A stretch of 64,000 bases of DNA from Candidatus Heimdallarchaeota archaeon (lineage in GTDB: Archaea > Asgardarchaeota > Heimdallarchaeia > Heimdallarchaeales > Heimdallarchaeaceae): assembly GCA_030603365.1 (NCBI GenBank), contig JAUVXV010000012.1:70462-134461 (forward strand). Direction: 5' to 3'. Below the pieces are notes generated by a model. That model had not been told where the DNA came from, did not search any database, and was given only the letters and a program-made list of their open reading frames with translations. Below, piece by piece: positions 39,229 through 49,359 of this stretch; position 1 is the first letter of the stretch, and every line of letters starts with the position of its first letter. The position numbers and the translations under genes were made by a program.

Positions 39229-40662
39229 TCATTTTGTAGATTTGTTCTTATTTCTAATCGGAGTGAATTCCTTGACTTCCTTTAAAGAAAGGAACATGAA
39301 ACTTAATAGAAATCTCATAACTGCCACAAACGCAAGAGCTATTGTTAGTGCAAGTCCAAATGTATCCAGCATAACATTTTGCCCAACTAACGTATGTGTA
39401 AAAAGATTGTTAGAGAATACGGTTGATATGTTTGATGTTAAAATAAATGATACACCTGTTTTATTAAAGAGCATTTCTGCTACATCAACAAAATATCCCC
39501 CAAAAAGTGTCCCAATGAAGTAACAAACACCTGTTACCATACTTAGAAATCCAATATATAATCCACTGTCTCTTTTTGGAGTAATATCTAGGATGTAAGC
39601 GTTTACTCCAGCGAAGCTAAAACTGAAGAGGCTAGCTATTATTAAATGGATTATGTAAAGATGCCATATTTGTGTAGCAAAAATATAGGCTAAAGGAAAT
39701 AGGAATAAACCAAAACGATTCAGAAAAATCATCTTAGTTCGACCATATTTATCTGTTACCCTAGACCCAATTAGAACGAAAATAAGTGAAGTAACTGCAA
39801 AAATAACCTCTAATATGGCTATTTCCATAGCTTCAGCATTTAAAACATTCACTTGTTTCAAGCTAAATAATGGCCAAGAAAAGGTCCAAAAGATACCTGC
39901 AATAGCATAGAGAATTGTAAATTTCATGAAAGGTTTGTTTTTGATAATTTCCTTGAATCCTTCTTTCAATGATTTAGATATTTTAGCAGCTTCTACACCT
40001 TCTCTCAATAGTGGTTCCTTTACTTTTCTAAAAGGTAAAACAGCAATTATAGATATGCAAACACCAATTAATACAGGGATGTAAATATATTTCTGATAAT
40101 TAATATTCGGTCCAAAAATATAAGTTAGAATGACACCTGTAGTAAGAGTAGCGAGCATACTACCAAACGAACCAAACCAGGTAACTCTTCCAGTAAGTTT
40201 ACCTCTTACTTCAGCCGGAAAGAGCTCATTCTGCAGAGATATCCAAGCAGGATTACCAAAACTACTTAGAATGTTGACAATTGCAGCAATAAGAATAATG
40301 AATGCAGGAGCTTGAACAAAATAAAGAAAGGCATAGGGAATAATCCAAGTAATTGTAGAAATTACGATGAATGGAATTCGTCTCTTCATCATATCAGAAA
40401 GACGACCGAAGATAGGATCAAGAAACTGTCTAAGTAAATTAGAAATTGCTTGAATCCAAGCTACAATTCCAGCTGATGCGCCCATTTTTATAGCAATAAA
40501 CGAAACAAAAGGACTTACTAATCCATTTGATGTGCTTACAGCTAAAGAACGAGAATAGATCGCGATTGCTTCTTCTTTCTTAATATGCGGAATGTCAGCA
40601 GATTTAGTTTCATCTACGTGAATGATTTCAGATGGAAGAGAATCTATTCTAGAATCAGTCAT
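39229..40662 (-). CDS. MFS transporter
   Basis: G.LSD...RR and RVTDKYGR motif A copies; about 12 TM segments. Confidence 0.9.
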   Translation of the reverse strand: MTDSRIDSLPSEIIHVDETKSADIPHIKKEEAIAIYSRSLAVSTSNGLVSPFVSFIAIKMGASAGIVAWIQAISNLLRQFLDPIFGRLSDMMKRRIPFIVISTITWIIPYAFLYFVQAPAFIILIAAIVNILSSFGNPAWISLQNELFPAEVRGKLTGRVTWFGSFGSMLATLTTGVILTYIFGPNINYQKYIYIPVLIGVCISIIAVLPFRKVKEPLLREGVEAAKISKSLKEGFKEIIKNKPFMKFTILYAIAGIFWTFSWPLFSLKQVNVLNAEAMEIAILEVIFAVTSLIFVLIGSRVTDKYGRTKMIFLNRFGLFLFPLAYIFATQIWHLYIIHLIIASLFSFSFAGVNAYILDITPKRDSGLYIGFLSMVTGVCYFIGTLFGGYFVDVAEMLFNKTGVSFILTSNISTVFSNNLFTHTLVGQNVMLDTFGLALTIALAFVAVMRFLLSFMFLSLKEVKEFTPIRNKNKSTK

Positions 40663-40788
40663 GAATAAGAAAAACATAAGGAAATGCTCTAAAACTTTGT
40701 GATAGAATTTTGGTAATTCGCAAGAAGTTCAGAAAACAATAATAAGAGAGAAAAAAAGAGTTTTAGATCTTTTCTCTGTCCTTGAATC

Positions 40789-43077
40789 TTAATTTCTTTT
40801 CTTTCTTTTGTATATAGATAGGATAACAAGCATTGCAATGGAATAAAGGATAAATATAGTTGAGCTATGGCTTACTACAGTTGTTGGATTTGTGGTAGTT
40901 GTTGGAATTGTTGGTGTAGAAGTAACAATCAACTCAGTCGTATTAGAAATAAATTCAGAGGTATCTGTCAAATGGACTTCATCATATTTGTTCGTCATTT
41001 CTATAAAGAATGAAATTGTCACATTTTCTTGGAAAGTTTTACTGATGCCACAGGTAAAAACATCTTCAGCTTCTTCGAGCATAGATACTGTTTCTTGGGA
41101 TCCTCCATTAATAGTGTATTTCAGAACGCAATCAGTAATTCCTGGTCCGGATGTACAATCAATTGTAACTAAAATGTCTTCGGAAGTAAGATATTGATTC
41201 TCAATTTCTATAGAGTAAAAAGGTAAACCAAGTGCCGCTCTTAGCCATTCTTCTGCTAAAACTGGATTGTAATTGTACTTGATAATATCATTATAGTAGT
41301 AGTATGCTGTGAATGGATAAAGAACACTGTGAGCAAGAAAATATTCTCCATCATGAAGTTGTTGATTTATCTCATCCCGGTCGATAGCGTAACATATAGC
41401 CTTTCTGATTCCTACCGCTCTTGTATATTGAGTTTTTCCTGGTTCTGGTATATATTCAGCATTATAACCTCCACCGATAAAAGGACGTCGTAGGTTGAAA
41501 AACATAAAAGATAAACTTGCTGTGATAAAAGTCTGTACATTAAATCTTGGATCTGCTTGCATAATTTTTCTTTCAGCTGGGAATGCGGTTAGACCGGTCC
41601 AATCCAATTTTCCTGCCTTGAATTCTGCTAATTCAGCAGAGGAATCAGGAATAATACGAACGTTGATTGATTGGATATTTAAATCTTGGACAGCACCATC
41701 AATTGCGCCTACACCAAACCAATGAGGACTTTTTTGTAGAACTGTTACGGAGTTTTTGATGTAGTAATCTAACATATACTTACCACAGCCAAATGCGGAT
41801 GTACTGAATGTAGCCCACTCAGGTGTGTTTAGCATTAGTGGATATAGACCAACACACTCAATTCCACCATCTGTGTATGTTACAGTTGGATCTGTTGAGT
41901 TCAAGAAGAATTCTGGCAAAATGTCCCATGGGAGTCTTGCCCAAAAGTCTGCGTATTGTTCGACTTCAGGGGTATCTGGATTTCCATCTATAAGAACATG
42001 GAATTGCAACGGATTTACTGGATCAACATAACATTCAGAGATCCAATAATGAAAAGTTGTACTTTCACTGATTGTTGGGTTTGACCAAAGCAGATAGGTA
42101 AAAACTGCATCTTTAGCAGTAACTTGTTGGTTAGTACCATCGCTGTATTCTCCATATTTCAAACCTAGCATCAATTCACCTGTTGGAATGCTGCTTAGTG
42201 GGTCAGAACTTGCTGCTCTTCCAGTAACGTTGTAGGATGGGTTCCAATAGACATCGTCTCTCATGGTGAATTTGTAATGGAATTCATCAATTTGTTTCCA
42301 ATCTTCAACTAGACCAGTTTTTAGAGGTGCAAGATCTGGACTATATTGCACAATGGGTTCAGCCATAAGACCCCAGATGAATGAACTTGATGTATCATCT
42401 GTGAACAATGGGTTGAGTTCTCTCCAATTTGCATCTGCAAGATTGAATTCAATTAATGATTCTTGCCCTTCATGATAACCATCATATTCCATGTAAGGTA
42501 AGGAATCAGTTATTCCCCATCTACTATCATACCCCTCTGTATTTGCCCATGTTGCTACATAGGATCTTGGTGAGAAGAAAGGTAGTATTGGAACTATTTT
42601 GTCCATCATTAACTGCTGCCAATCGTAATAGAGCTGCTGTCTTTCTTCAAGGTCAGTTATTGTAACACCAACTTCTTGCATTTGTTCACTTTGGTCATTA
42701 TAGGGAATTTCAGGGCCTAATTGAAATATATTCAAAGAACCATCCTCTGTGTAAATATCCCTCATATCTGGACTTGCACCTCCACCAGATAATCCAATGA
42801 ACCCCAAATCAAAATCATGAGTAACTAATATAGTATTTATAAAAACTGGCCATTCTTCAACTTTGACCTGAACATCTATTCCTATATCATTTAGATAACT
42901 AGCAATGTATAAACCATAATCTGGTCTTACACCTCCGCCACTAGTTTTGAATACTAAATGTGCTAGTTGTTGATTTATTTCAGAATTTACATTAATAACA
43001 TTTGATGAAGATGAGCTTAATATAAATATGATTTGAAATATTGTTAGAATTACTATCTTTTTCTCTCTTTTACTCAT
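40789..43077 (-). CDS. Family-5 solute-binding protein, circularly permuted, extra Ig-like domain, Thr linker and C-terminal TM (copy 4)
   Basis: Same motif set and order as copies 1-3. Confidence 0.88.
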   Translation of the reverse strand: MSKREKKIVILTIFQIIFILSSSSSNVINVNSEINQQLAHLVFKTSGGGVRPDYGLYIASYLNDIGIDVQVKVEEWPVFINTILVTHDFDLGFIGLSGGGASPDMRDIYTEDGSLNIFQLGPEIPYNDQSEQMQEVGVTITDLEERQQLYYDWQQLMMDKIVPILPFFSPRSYVATWANTEGYDSRWGITDSLPYMEYDGYHEGQESLIEFNLADANWRELNPLFTDDTSSSFIWGLMAEPIVQYSPDLAPLKTGLVEDWKQIDEFHYKFTMRDDVYWNPSYNVTGRAASSDPLSSIPTGELMLGLKYGEYSDGTNQQVTAKDAVFTYLLWSNPTISESTTFHYWISECYVDPVNPLQFHVLIDGNPDTPEVEQYADFWARLPWDILPEFFLNSTDPTVTYTDGGIECVGLYPLMLNTPEWATFSTSAFGCGKYMLDYYIKNSVTVLQKSPHWFGVGAIDGAVQDLNIQSINVRIIPDSSAELAEFKAGKLDWTGLTAFPAERKIMQADPRFNVQTFITASLSFMFFNLRRPFIGGGYNAEYIPEPGKTQYTRAVGIRKAICYAIDRDEINQQLHDGEYFLAHSVLYPFTAYYYYNDIIKYNYNPVLAEEWLRAALGLPFYSIEIENQYLTSEDILVTIDCTSGPGITDCVLKYTINGGSQETVSMLEEAEDVFTCGISKTFQENVTISFFIEMTNKYDEVHLTDTSEFISNTTELIVTSTPTIPTTTTNPTTVVSHSSTIFILYSIAMLVILSIYKRKKRN

Positions 43078-43141
43078 GATTTTTAAAGCAAACATGTGTA
43101 ATGATTAATTTTACAAATTTTAAATCTTTCTCCTTTAATTT

Positions 43142-45355
43142 TCAAGTCACCGATTCTACCCAAATTGGTCCAATGTATGTATGTCTACCATTATCACAAA
43201 CAATTCTAATCAAATAAAAATCAACACCATATGTTTGTAGTTCATCAGGATTTTCTAAAGGATTATCACTGTACTCATTAATGAAGTAATCATCACCAAT
43301 CTGAATACAACTTTCTCTTCCATAAGATGCACCTGTAATTGGTTCAGTATCTAGAAAATTTATTCTAGCGAGAGGGCTATTGATGAAGAAAGTGTTGATA
43401 AGTTGACCATTCTTTATTATTTCAACAGCTGCCTTCCAATTAGGAACCCATTCATCAGTTATCGATGCAGCTGTAAGATAGCTACTAGCAGGTGCACCAT
43501 CTTGAGCGATGAAGATGTCTATATCTCTGAAGACATTTGGGTCAGCTACTTGAACTGTTGAATTCCCTCCCACCCCTATACCATTAATAGTAAAGTTTAC
43601 TATAGGTCTACCAAAGTCTGAATTAGCATAAATGAATCTATCTTCTAGTTGAGAGAAGATGGAGGACCTAGTTAACTCAGGAGCATAAACAGCTGTTATC
43701 CCTCCTGGATAAGGTTTGTCAAATCGAGTCAACCAATAGGTCATTGGTCGTTGATGACCTATGAATGCATCAGTATGAGCAATGGTATGACCAGGATGAC
43801 CATCATGTGAATCACTTGAAGCGTACAAGGACAATTTTAGTCCCATTTTTAAGGCATCAATAATCGAACTGCCGTTGATATAACTATCAGCTGCTCCATA
43901 CATTCCTCTATAATTCAGCTCATGATGTGGATCAAAAAGACTATCTCCATGTGTTGAAGTTACTTCAGCTATTTTCACATAATCAGGATTATAATATGAC
44001 CAGTCTTGTAAGAATCTTTCTTCTACGCAATGGTGAGGTAAAGCTAAAGTTCTAGAACCTGTATTTAGATTGAAATTATCTAGAACATTCCAAAGTTCGT
44101 ATGGTGATTTGAATTTTCTTGAGCTTATCAACGGATCTTGAGGTAATTGTGAGCCATCAAAGATACAAGTGTAATGACCTGTTTTATGATTAGTGAATTC
44201 CATCCCTAAGAAAGTAACAAACTCTCCAGGTTGATTTGCTTCATTGGTTTTCTTGATATAGTCCTCAAGCCAATGATCAGCCATCTGAATTATCTCTCCA
44301 TGCTCAGTGAGTGCAAAGAAATCTAAACTGGCTATATTTTGTGCATAGAAGAGAGAATGATCAGGAGTACCACTACCATCAGAATATATTGAGTGAGAGT
44401 GAATATCTCCCCAATAAATATTCAAACCAAAATCTTGAACGATTATTGGATTACTATAGAAAGTTTCTCCAGTAAAAGAATCTGAAACTAAAATATAATG
44501 TATACCAGGAGTATTTATTCTAATCTGAAAACGATGAAGTCCATTATCTTTCCCATTGTCTAACATATAAGCAATATCAGAAGGCATTGATCTTCCCGTA
44601 AAAGTATAAGGTTCAGGTAACAAAGAAGTAACAGAAGAAAGTTGATCTAAAGTTGTTAAATCATAAGATTCTAATTCGAAATTTACGGTTCCCTCATAGG
44701 TAGCACTATCGCGTTCATATTTATCCCAAGCTTGGACAGTAACAGTAAAAGTTGTATCTGTAGCTACTGTTGATGGTGCATGAACCCACAAGAGTGTTGC
44801 TTTGTTATTGAACATAACTCCAAAATTAATATTTACTCCCATCCAGAGAATTATTGGTGCTAATATTAATGAACTAACAAAAACTAATTTTCCAAATTTT
44901 GAGAGATTGATTTGTTTCAATCTGGTTAATCCAATTTTCTTCTTAAAGGATTCATAAGATTCATAACGATTAAGAAATTTGTTTGCAGGTATAGAAATAA
45001 AATAGACAAATTGGATAATTAAGGTTAATATTACAGCTAGGAATAAAGGATAGATCCCAGTTAGTTCAACCAGACCTCTGAGCGTACCAAAAGCAACTAA
45101 AGAGGAAGTTAAAGATAAAACAAACCCATTCCATCGCCATCTATTTTTGAAAGAAACAAAATAAACTAATCCAATAATCAAAGCAATAAAACTGAAGAAA
45201 TATGCAAAACAAGAGATAATTCCTAAACAGTAAATCACAATTCTAATAGATTTCAGAGTTACTGTTCCAATCTTTTGTTTACTAAATTTCATACACATCA
45301 AAGCAATTAATAAGTTCAGAAGTTTCTTAAAAAAGTTCCTTCTGATAGCGACCAT
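43142..45355 (-). CDS. Membrane-anchored PHP-fold metallohydrolase (DUF3604/CehA-McbA-like); start uncertain
   Basis: YWGDIHSHS..SDG, LDF.ALTEH, G.E, PHH, SSDSHDGHPG; N-terminal TM helices. Confidence 0.8.
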   Translation of the reverse strand: MVAIRRNFFKKLLNLLIALMCMKFSKQKIGTVTLKSIRIVIYCLGIISCFAYFFSFIALIIGLVYFVSFKNRWRWNGFVLSLTSSLVAFGTLRGLVELTGIYPLFLAVILTLIIQFVYFISIPANKFLNRYESYESFKKKIGLTRLKQINLSKFGKLVFVSSLILAPIILWMGVNINFGVMFNNKATLLWVHAPSTVATDTTFTVTVQAWDKYERDSATYEGTVNFELESYDLTTLDQLSSVTSLLPEPYTFTGRSMPSDIAYMLDNGKDNGLHRFQIRINTPGIHYILVSDSFTGETFYSNPIIVQDFGLNIYWGDIHSHSIYSDGSGTPDHSLFYAQNIASLDFFALTEHGEIIQMADHWLEDYIKKTNEANQPGEFVTFLGMEFTNHKTGHYTCIFDGSQLPQDPLISSRKFKSPYELWNVLDNFNLNTGSRTLALPHHCVEERFLQDWSYYNPDYVKIAEVTSTHGDSLFDPHHELNYRGMYGAADSYINGSSIIDALKMGLKLSLYASSDSHDGHPGHTIAHTDAFIGHQRPMTYWLTRFDKPYPGGITAVYAPELTRSSIFSQLEDRFIYANSDFGRPIVNFTINGIGVGGNSTVQVADPNVFRDIDIFIAQDGAPASSYLTAASITDEWVPNWKAAVEIIKNGQLINTFFINSPLARINFLDTEPITGASYGRESCIQIGDDYFINEYSDNPLENPDELQTYGVDFYLIRIVCDNGRHTYIGPIWVESVT

Positions 45356-45384
45356 AGAGAAAAAAGAAAGAAAAGGGCATCAAA

Positions 45385-46359
45385 TTAATCAATTACATCC
45401 CATTTTCTGCATCGACTACCCCAACGAGCTATCAAAATATCATTTCTACGTATCTCAACAATTTCACAAATATTTGAACATCCATCACATTCAAATCCAG
45501 AAGTATTGAAGTCCATTTCTGAGATATCCCAGCTTTTAAAATTCGATTGTTTGGGATGTTTAGCAAAATCTTCTTGAGCAAGGATAGCTGAACCTATAGC
45601 ACCCATTACATCATAATGTTCTGGTACGATAACCTCCTTCTGTAAGAAACTTTCAAAAGCTTCTCGCATACCAATATTAGCAGCTACTCCTCCTTGGAAC
45701 ATAATGGGGGATCTAATTTCTTTACCTTTTCCAACATTGCTCATATAATTCCTAGCTAATGCCTCACAAAGACCTTTGATTATATCATGAGTTGGATGCC
45801 CTAATTGTTGTTTATGAATCATATCACTTTCAGCAAATACCGTACATCTTCCAGCAATAGAAACAGCATTATCAGATTGTAAAGCTAGTTCGCCAAAATT
45901 TTCAATAGGTATGTCTAATCTGTTTGCTTGCATATCTAGAAAAGAGCCCGTACCAGCGGCACATACCGTGTTCATGGCAAAGTCTACAACGATACAATTC
46001 CGTATGATAATGATTTTGCTATCTTGTCCACCGATTTCAATTACAGTTTGAACATCGGGATCATAATGTAAGGATGCTAAAGCATGAGCGGTTATTTCGT
46101 TCTTAACAATATCAGCACCTATTAGAACACCTGTAAGTTTCCTAGCACTCCCAGTTGCCCCTGCTCCTGTAACATCAAGGTCTTCTCCAAGCTTCTCTCG
46201 TAAAATTTTAATTCCATTTTGAACTGAATCCACAGGTTTACCTTCAGTTCGAATATAAACTGATTCAATCAGCTCTTTTGAGTCATCAATTAATGCTAAA
46301 TTGGTACTTATAGATCCAACATCAACACCAAGAAAATATTTTTCTTCACTAACAGTCAT
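45385..46359 (-). CDS. Acyl-CoA dehydratase activase (BadF/BcrA ASKHA ATPase, 4Fe-4S) with C-terminal 4-Cys extension
   Basis: GVDVGS.ST, NEITAH, EIGGQDSK, MN..CAAGTGSFL, RCTVFAES, GGVA.N, GA.G.A; C-terminal CDGCSNIC...GSRC. Confidence 0.92.
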   Translation of the reverse strand: MTVSEEKYFLGVDVGSISTNLALIDDSKELIESVYIRTEGKPVDSVQNGIKILREKLGEDLDVTGAGATGSARKLTGVLIGADIVKNEITAHALASLHYDPDVQTVIEIGGQDSKIIIIRNCIVVDFAMNTVCAAGTGSFLDMQANRLDIPIENFGELALQSDNAVSIAGRCTVFAESDMIHKQQLGHPTHDIIKGLCEALARNYMSNVGKGKEIRSPIMFQGGVAANIGMREAFESFLQKEVIVPEHYDVMGAIGSAILAQEDFAKHPKQSNFKSWDISEMDFNTSGFECDGCSNICEIVEIRRNDILIARWGSRCRKWDVID

Positions 46360-46377
46360 TTTTCTATCTCCATAAAT

Positions 46378-47469
46378 TTAAATTCCAGTTCCTTTGTTCC
46401 TTTTACGTTCTAATAAATCAACAAAAGCTTCCAACCTAGTTTGAATGCCTGCCTCTCCTGTATGCTCATCAAGAACCAACGATAGAACAGGCATATCATG
46501 TTCTCTACTCACTTGAGGTAAAATGCTTCTAGAAATTATCTCAGGCATGCAAGTAAAGGGATACAAATGAATAACTCCATCCCAACCTTGTTCTTTAAAC
46601 TCAACAACGCTACCAAGTGATTCTCGAGTTTTTCCTCCAAGAGGATATCTTACATATGGTTTTGCATGTTTTATGCAAGATTTATAATGCCATTTCTTGA
46701 AGGGATTCATTCTTTGACCTAAATCTATCCATCTTGTGAAAGTAATCGGTGTAAAAGCTACTACGCCTATATCATTCAATCTTCTCATAATATCTAGATT
46801 GATAGCCGGTTCCACAACAGCATATAATTCTCCAACTATTCCAACCTTCAATGGATTAAGTTCCTTATCAATTTCTACTTGATCATCAAATGTTTTTTGG
46901 ATGATTTCTGGAAGCATTCTGACATTTTTCATTCCATCAGTTTCAACAACAGTTCTGTAGAGTTTGTGAGCAACATTGTAAGCAGTTCCTTTTTCTATTT
47001 CAACAGCTCCATAGCTATAGAGGAGTTTATCGATGAGGTCGATGTATCGATTCTTAATCCAGCCCACCCTAAATGCTTGGAATGCTTGAATAGCATTGAC
47101 ATTACAAGCTAGTTTTTTAAAACTTCTAAAGAAATCTACCTTATCAAACCAGTCCAGATTAATTAGATCAAATTCATATCCCAAATCTTCAAGAATTATT
47201 TTGTAAAGTGGAGAGTAATATCCCAATCTACAATAATCCACAAAAACTGTTGCAACTATCTCATAAGCTCCTTGTTCTAATACTTCTATAATTGAGCCAA
47301 GTAGCATTTTAAAAGGTGTACATACAAATTCAGAAGAAACTTGGGAACCTAACTGTTTTGTCCTGTAGGTTGGTTCATTTGGTACAATAACATCATCTCT
47401 TTTCATCCCTCTTGCAATAGATTCAAATACATAGGTAAAGGTTCCAACGTACGGAAAGGATAATGGCAC
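46378..47469 (-). CDS. 2-hydroxyacyl-CoA dehydratase-fold reductase subunit (COG3581/PlsR-like)
   Basis: C.PFK..LG, CR.GYY, VGELY, PFTCMPE, DEHTGEAG..TRLEAFVD; GTG start after AAGGAGG. Confidence 0.82.
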   Translation of the reverse strand: MPLSFPYVGTFTYVFESIARGMKRDDVIVPNEPTYRTKQLGSQVSSEFVCTPFKMLLGSIIEVLEQGAYEIVATVFVDYCRLGYYSPLYKIILEDLGYEFDLINLDWFDKVDFFRSFKKLACNVNAIQAFQAFRVGWIKNRYIDLIDKLLYSYGAVEIEKGTAYNVAHKLYRTVVETDGMKNVRMLPEIIQKTFDDQVEIDKELNPLKVGIVGELYAVVEPAINLDIMRRLNDIGVVAFTPITFTRWIDLGQRMNPFKKWHYKSCIKHAKPYVRYPLGGKTRESLGSVVEFKEQGWDGVIHLYPFTCMPEIISRSILPQVSREHDMPVLSLVLDEHTGEAGIQTRLEAFVDLLERKRNKGTGI

Positions 47470-47482
47470 TTTTTTCTCCTCC

Positions 47483-48523
47483 TTAGATATGAACCTGAGC
47501 TGTAAGAAATACTGTTTGTTTCTCAATACTTCGTCTTAGCATATCCACAAATGCTTCAATTCTAGTTCTCATACCTGCTTCTCCTGTTAATTCATCAAAA
47601 ACAAGCTGTAGTAGAGGAATAGTTGTATCTCTTTTCGAAAATCTGGAGGCTATTTCTCCTGCAATAGAATCTGGACCACAGCTAAAGATCATCAAATGAA
47701 TAATTCCATCAACTGTTTTACTTTCAAGAAAGTGCATGATAGTTCCCAGAATTTCGCGCTCATAATCGAAGTAAATATCATACTCAAGCCTAGCCATTTG
47801 TTTCTCAATTAATATCCTAGGCATTTGCTCTGAAGTAATTATATCTACACCATATTCTTGCAATAATGAACGAATATCTAATGATGAAAACGGATCATTC
47901 AGAACATATGAATGACCAACTAATGCAATCTTTAAAGCCTTATATTTTTCATTGTAAATTGGAAAATCATTTAGAATTGTTTCACTGTTTTCCCATCGAT
48001 TCAAAGTTTCTTCATCTATTATCAAAGATCTTTCATGTATCTTCTGAGCTCTAAAAGCTCTTGTAATTGCTCTGATTCTTGTTATTGGATTCTTTGTAAA
48101 TATTTTACCTAGTCTAAATGCTTTAATCACAAGTCCAATCCGTGTACTTCTATCCATCCCACGATTGTAATGTGGCATAAGAATATCTGGTAACTCAGGT
48201 AACATGGATTGCAAAACTTCAGCCAAACCTATAAATTTCGGACAACCAACATATTTCTTTCTGCGTCCACCATATCGAGGAATAAACAAAAAATCTACTT
48301 GATCCTTTAAAGCAATTGCGTGACCAAAGTATAACTTAGTAGAATAACAATCTTCATCAGGAGCTAATTTCACAGCATCATCTTTGATCTTCTTAGTTGT
48401 TTTTGGAGAGACTATAACTTCAGCGCCTAACTCTTTGAAGAAGGTTATCCATAAATCTGAATACTTATAGTACAGTAAAGCTCTTGGAATTCCCACCCTA
48501 ATCTTTGTTTCCAACTTGGACAT
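47483..48523 (-). CDS. DUF2229 (COG3580) CoA-enzyme activase-related/reductase subunit
   Basis: VGIPRALLYY, VSP.T, C...K...GH, CPKF.GL, GHSY...D, FSCGPDS, DE.TGEAG..TR.EAF. Confidence 0.85.
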   Translation of the reverse strand: MSKLETKIRVGIPRALLYYKYSDLWITFFKELGAEVIVSPKTTKKIKDDAVKLAPDEDCYSTKLYFGHAIALKDQVDFLFIPRYGGRRKKYVGCPKFIGLAEVLQSMLPELPDILMPHYNRGMDRSTRIGLVIKAFRLGKIFTKNPITRIRAITRAFRAQKIHERSLIIDEETLNRWENSETILNDFPIYNEKYKALKIALVGHSYVLNDPFSSLDIRSLLQEYGVDIITSEQMPRILIEKQMARLEYDIYFDYEREILGTIMHFLESKTVDGIIHLMIFSCGPDSIAGEIASRFSKRDTTIPLLQLVFDELTGEAGMRTRIEAFVDMLRRSIEKQTVFLTAQVHI

Positions 48524-48662
48524 AACTATCACAACTTACTGAAATAATTGTATCAAAGACTAGCTAGCTAGTAGAGGTTTATAAACATTTTGTGAAATAA
48601 TTCACTACTAAATTTCAGAAACAACTGTTTAAATCAAAAAAAGAAAAAAAGGAAAGAATGTG

Positions 48663-49157
48663 TTAGTTCCATATTGATATTTGTACAGAAGTTGCCCCAC
48701 CAAGAACTCCTAACGAAGTTCCTTTGATTAATTTACCTTCAAAAATACCTAAACCATGACACTTGAGAGTTCCAATGATCATGAAATCTACGATTTTGAA
48801 ATGTAGTCTTCCTGTAAAACCAGCAGTTTCGCCATTATAAGTTCCAGTAAATTCGAAAATTCCTCCACCTAAACCTTCGAAAGTTGTTAAGTCAAATATA
48901 ACTAAGTTTCCATTGTAGTAAACATCACCCACAAAGTTAGAATCACTTGAAGTGACATAACCATAGTGAGGAGTCATTCTTGTGTGATAGATCCCTTCTT
49001 CAGAAAACCATTCTCGTTCAGCCTCTCCAAAATTTGTCCAGATAAATTCAAAGTTTATCACAACTCTATCTGGTTTTGCTTGGACCATAAGACCTAAGGA
49101 AAATGAGCAAAGTAGAATCAATGTACCTAACATTAATGTTTTTTTTCCAATTTTCAT
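48663..49157 (-). CDS. Hypothetical exported beta-barrel-like protein
   Basis: Signal peptide ending VQA-KP; Gly-rich beta strands. Confidence 0.65.
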   Translation of the reverse strand: MKIGKKTLMLGTLILLCSFSLGLMVQAKPDRVVINFEFIWTNFGEAEREWFSEEGIYHTRMTPHYGYVTSSDSNFVGDVYYNGNLVIFDLTTFEGLGGGIFEFTGTYNGETAGFTGRLHFKIVDFMIIGTLKCHGLGIFEGKLIKGTSLGVLGGATSVQISIWN

Positions 49158-49359
49158 TTTTCCACCATTTAGTGATTCTAATGCAATCAATAAATTGCAA
49201 TAGAGTTAATTATTCTTTACTTAATTTATAAAGATTACTAGAAAAAATACTTGAACAATTATGCAACGATGTGTAAATACATAAAATCTAGATTAATGTT
49301 TGCAAAATAATGAAGATAAATTACAAAGACGCCATCTGGAAGCATTTTAGAAGATAAAT

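Noticed and set aside
21147-43077. Repeated DNA among the four binding-protein genes as mobile-element or DGR repeats
   Set aside because: Similarity spans whole coding regions with synonymous divergence; no reverse transcriptase, transposase or adenine-specific variation seen
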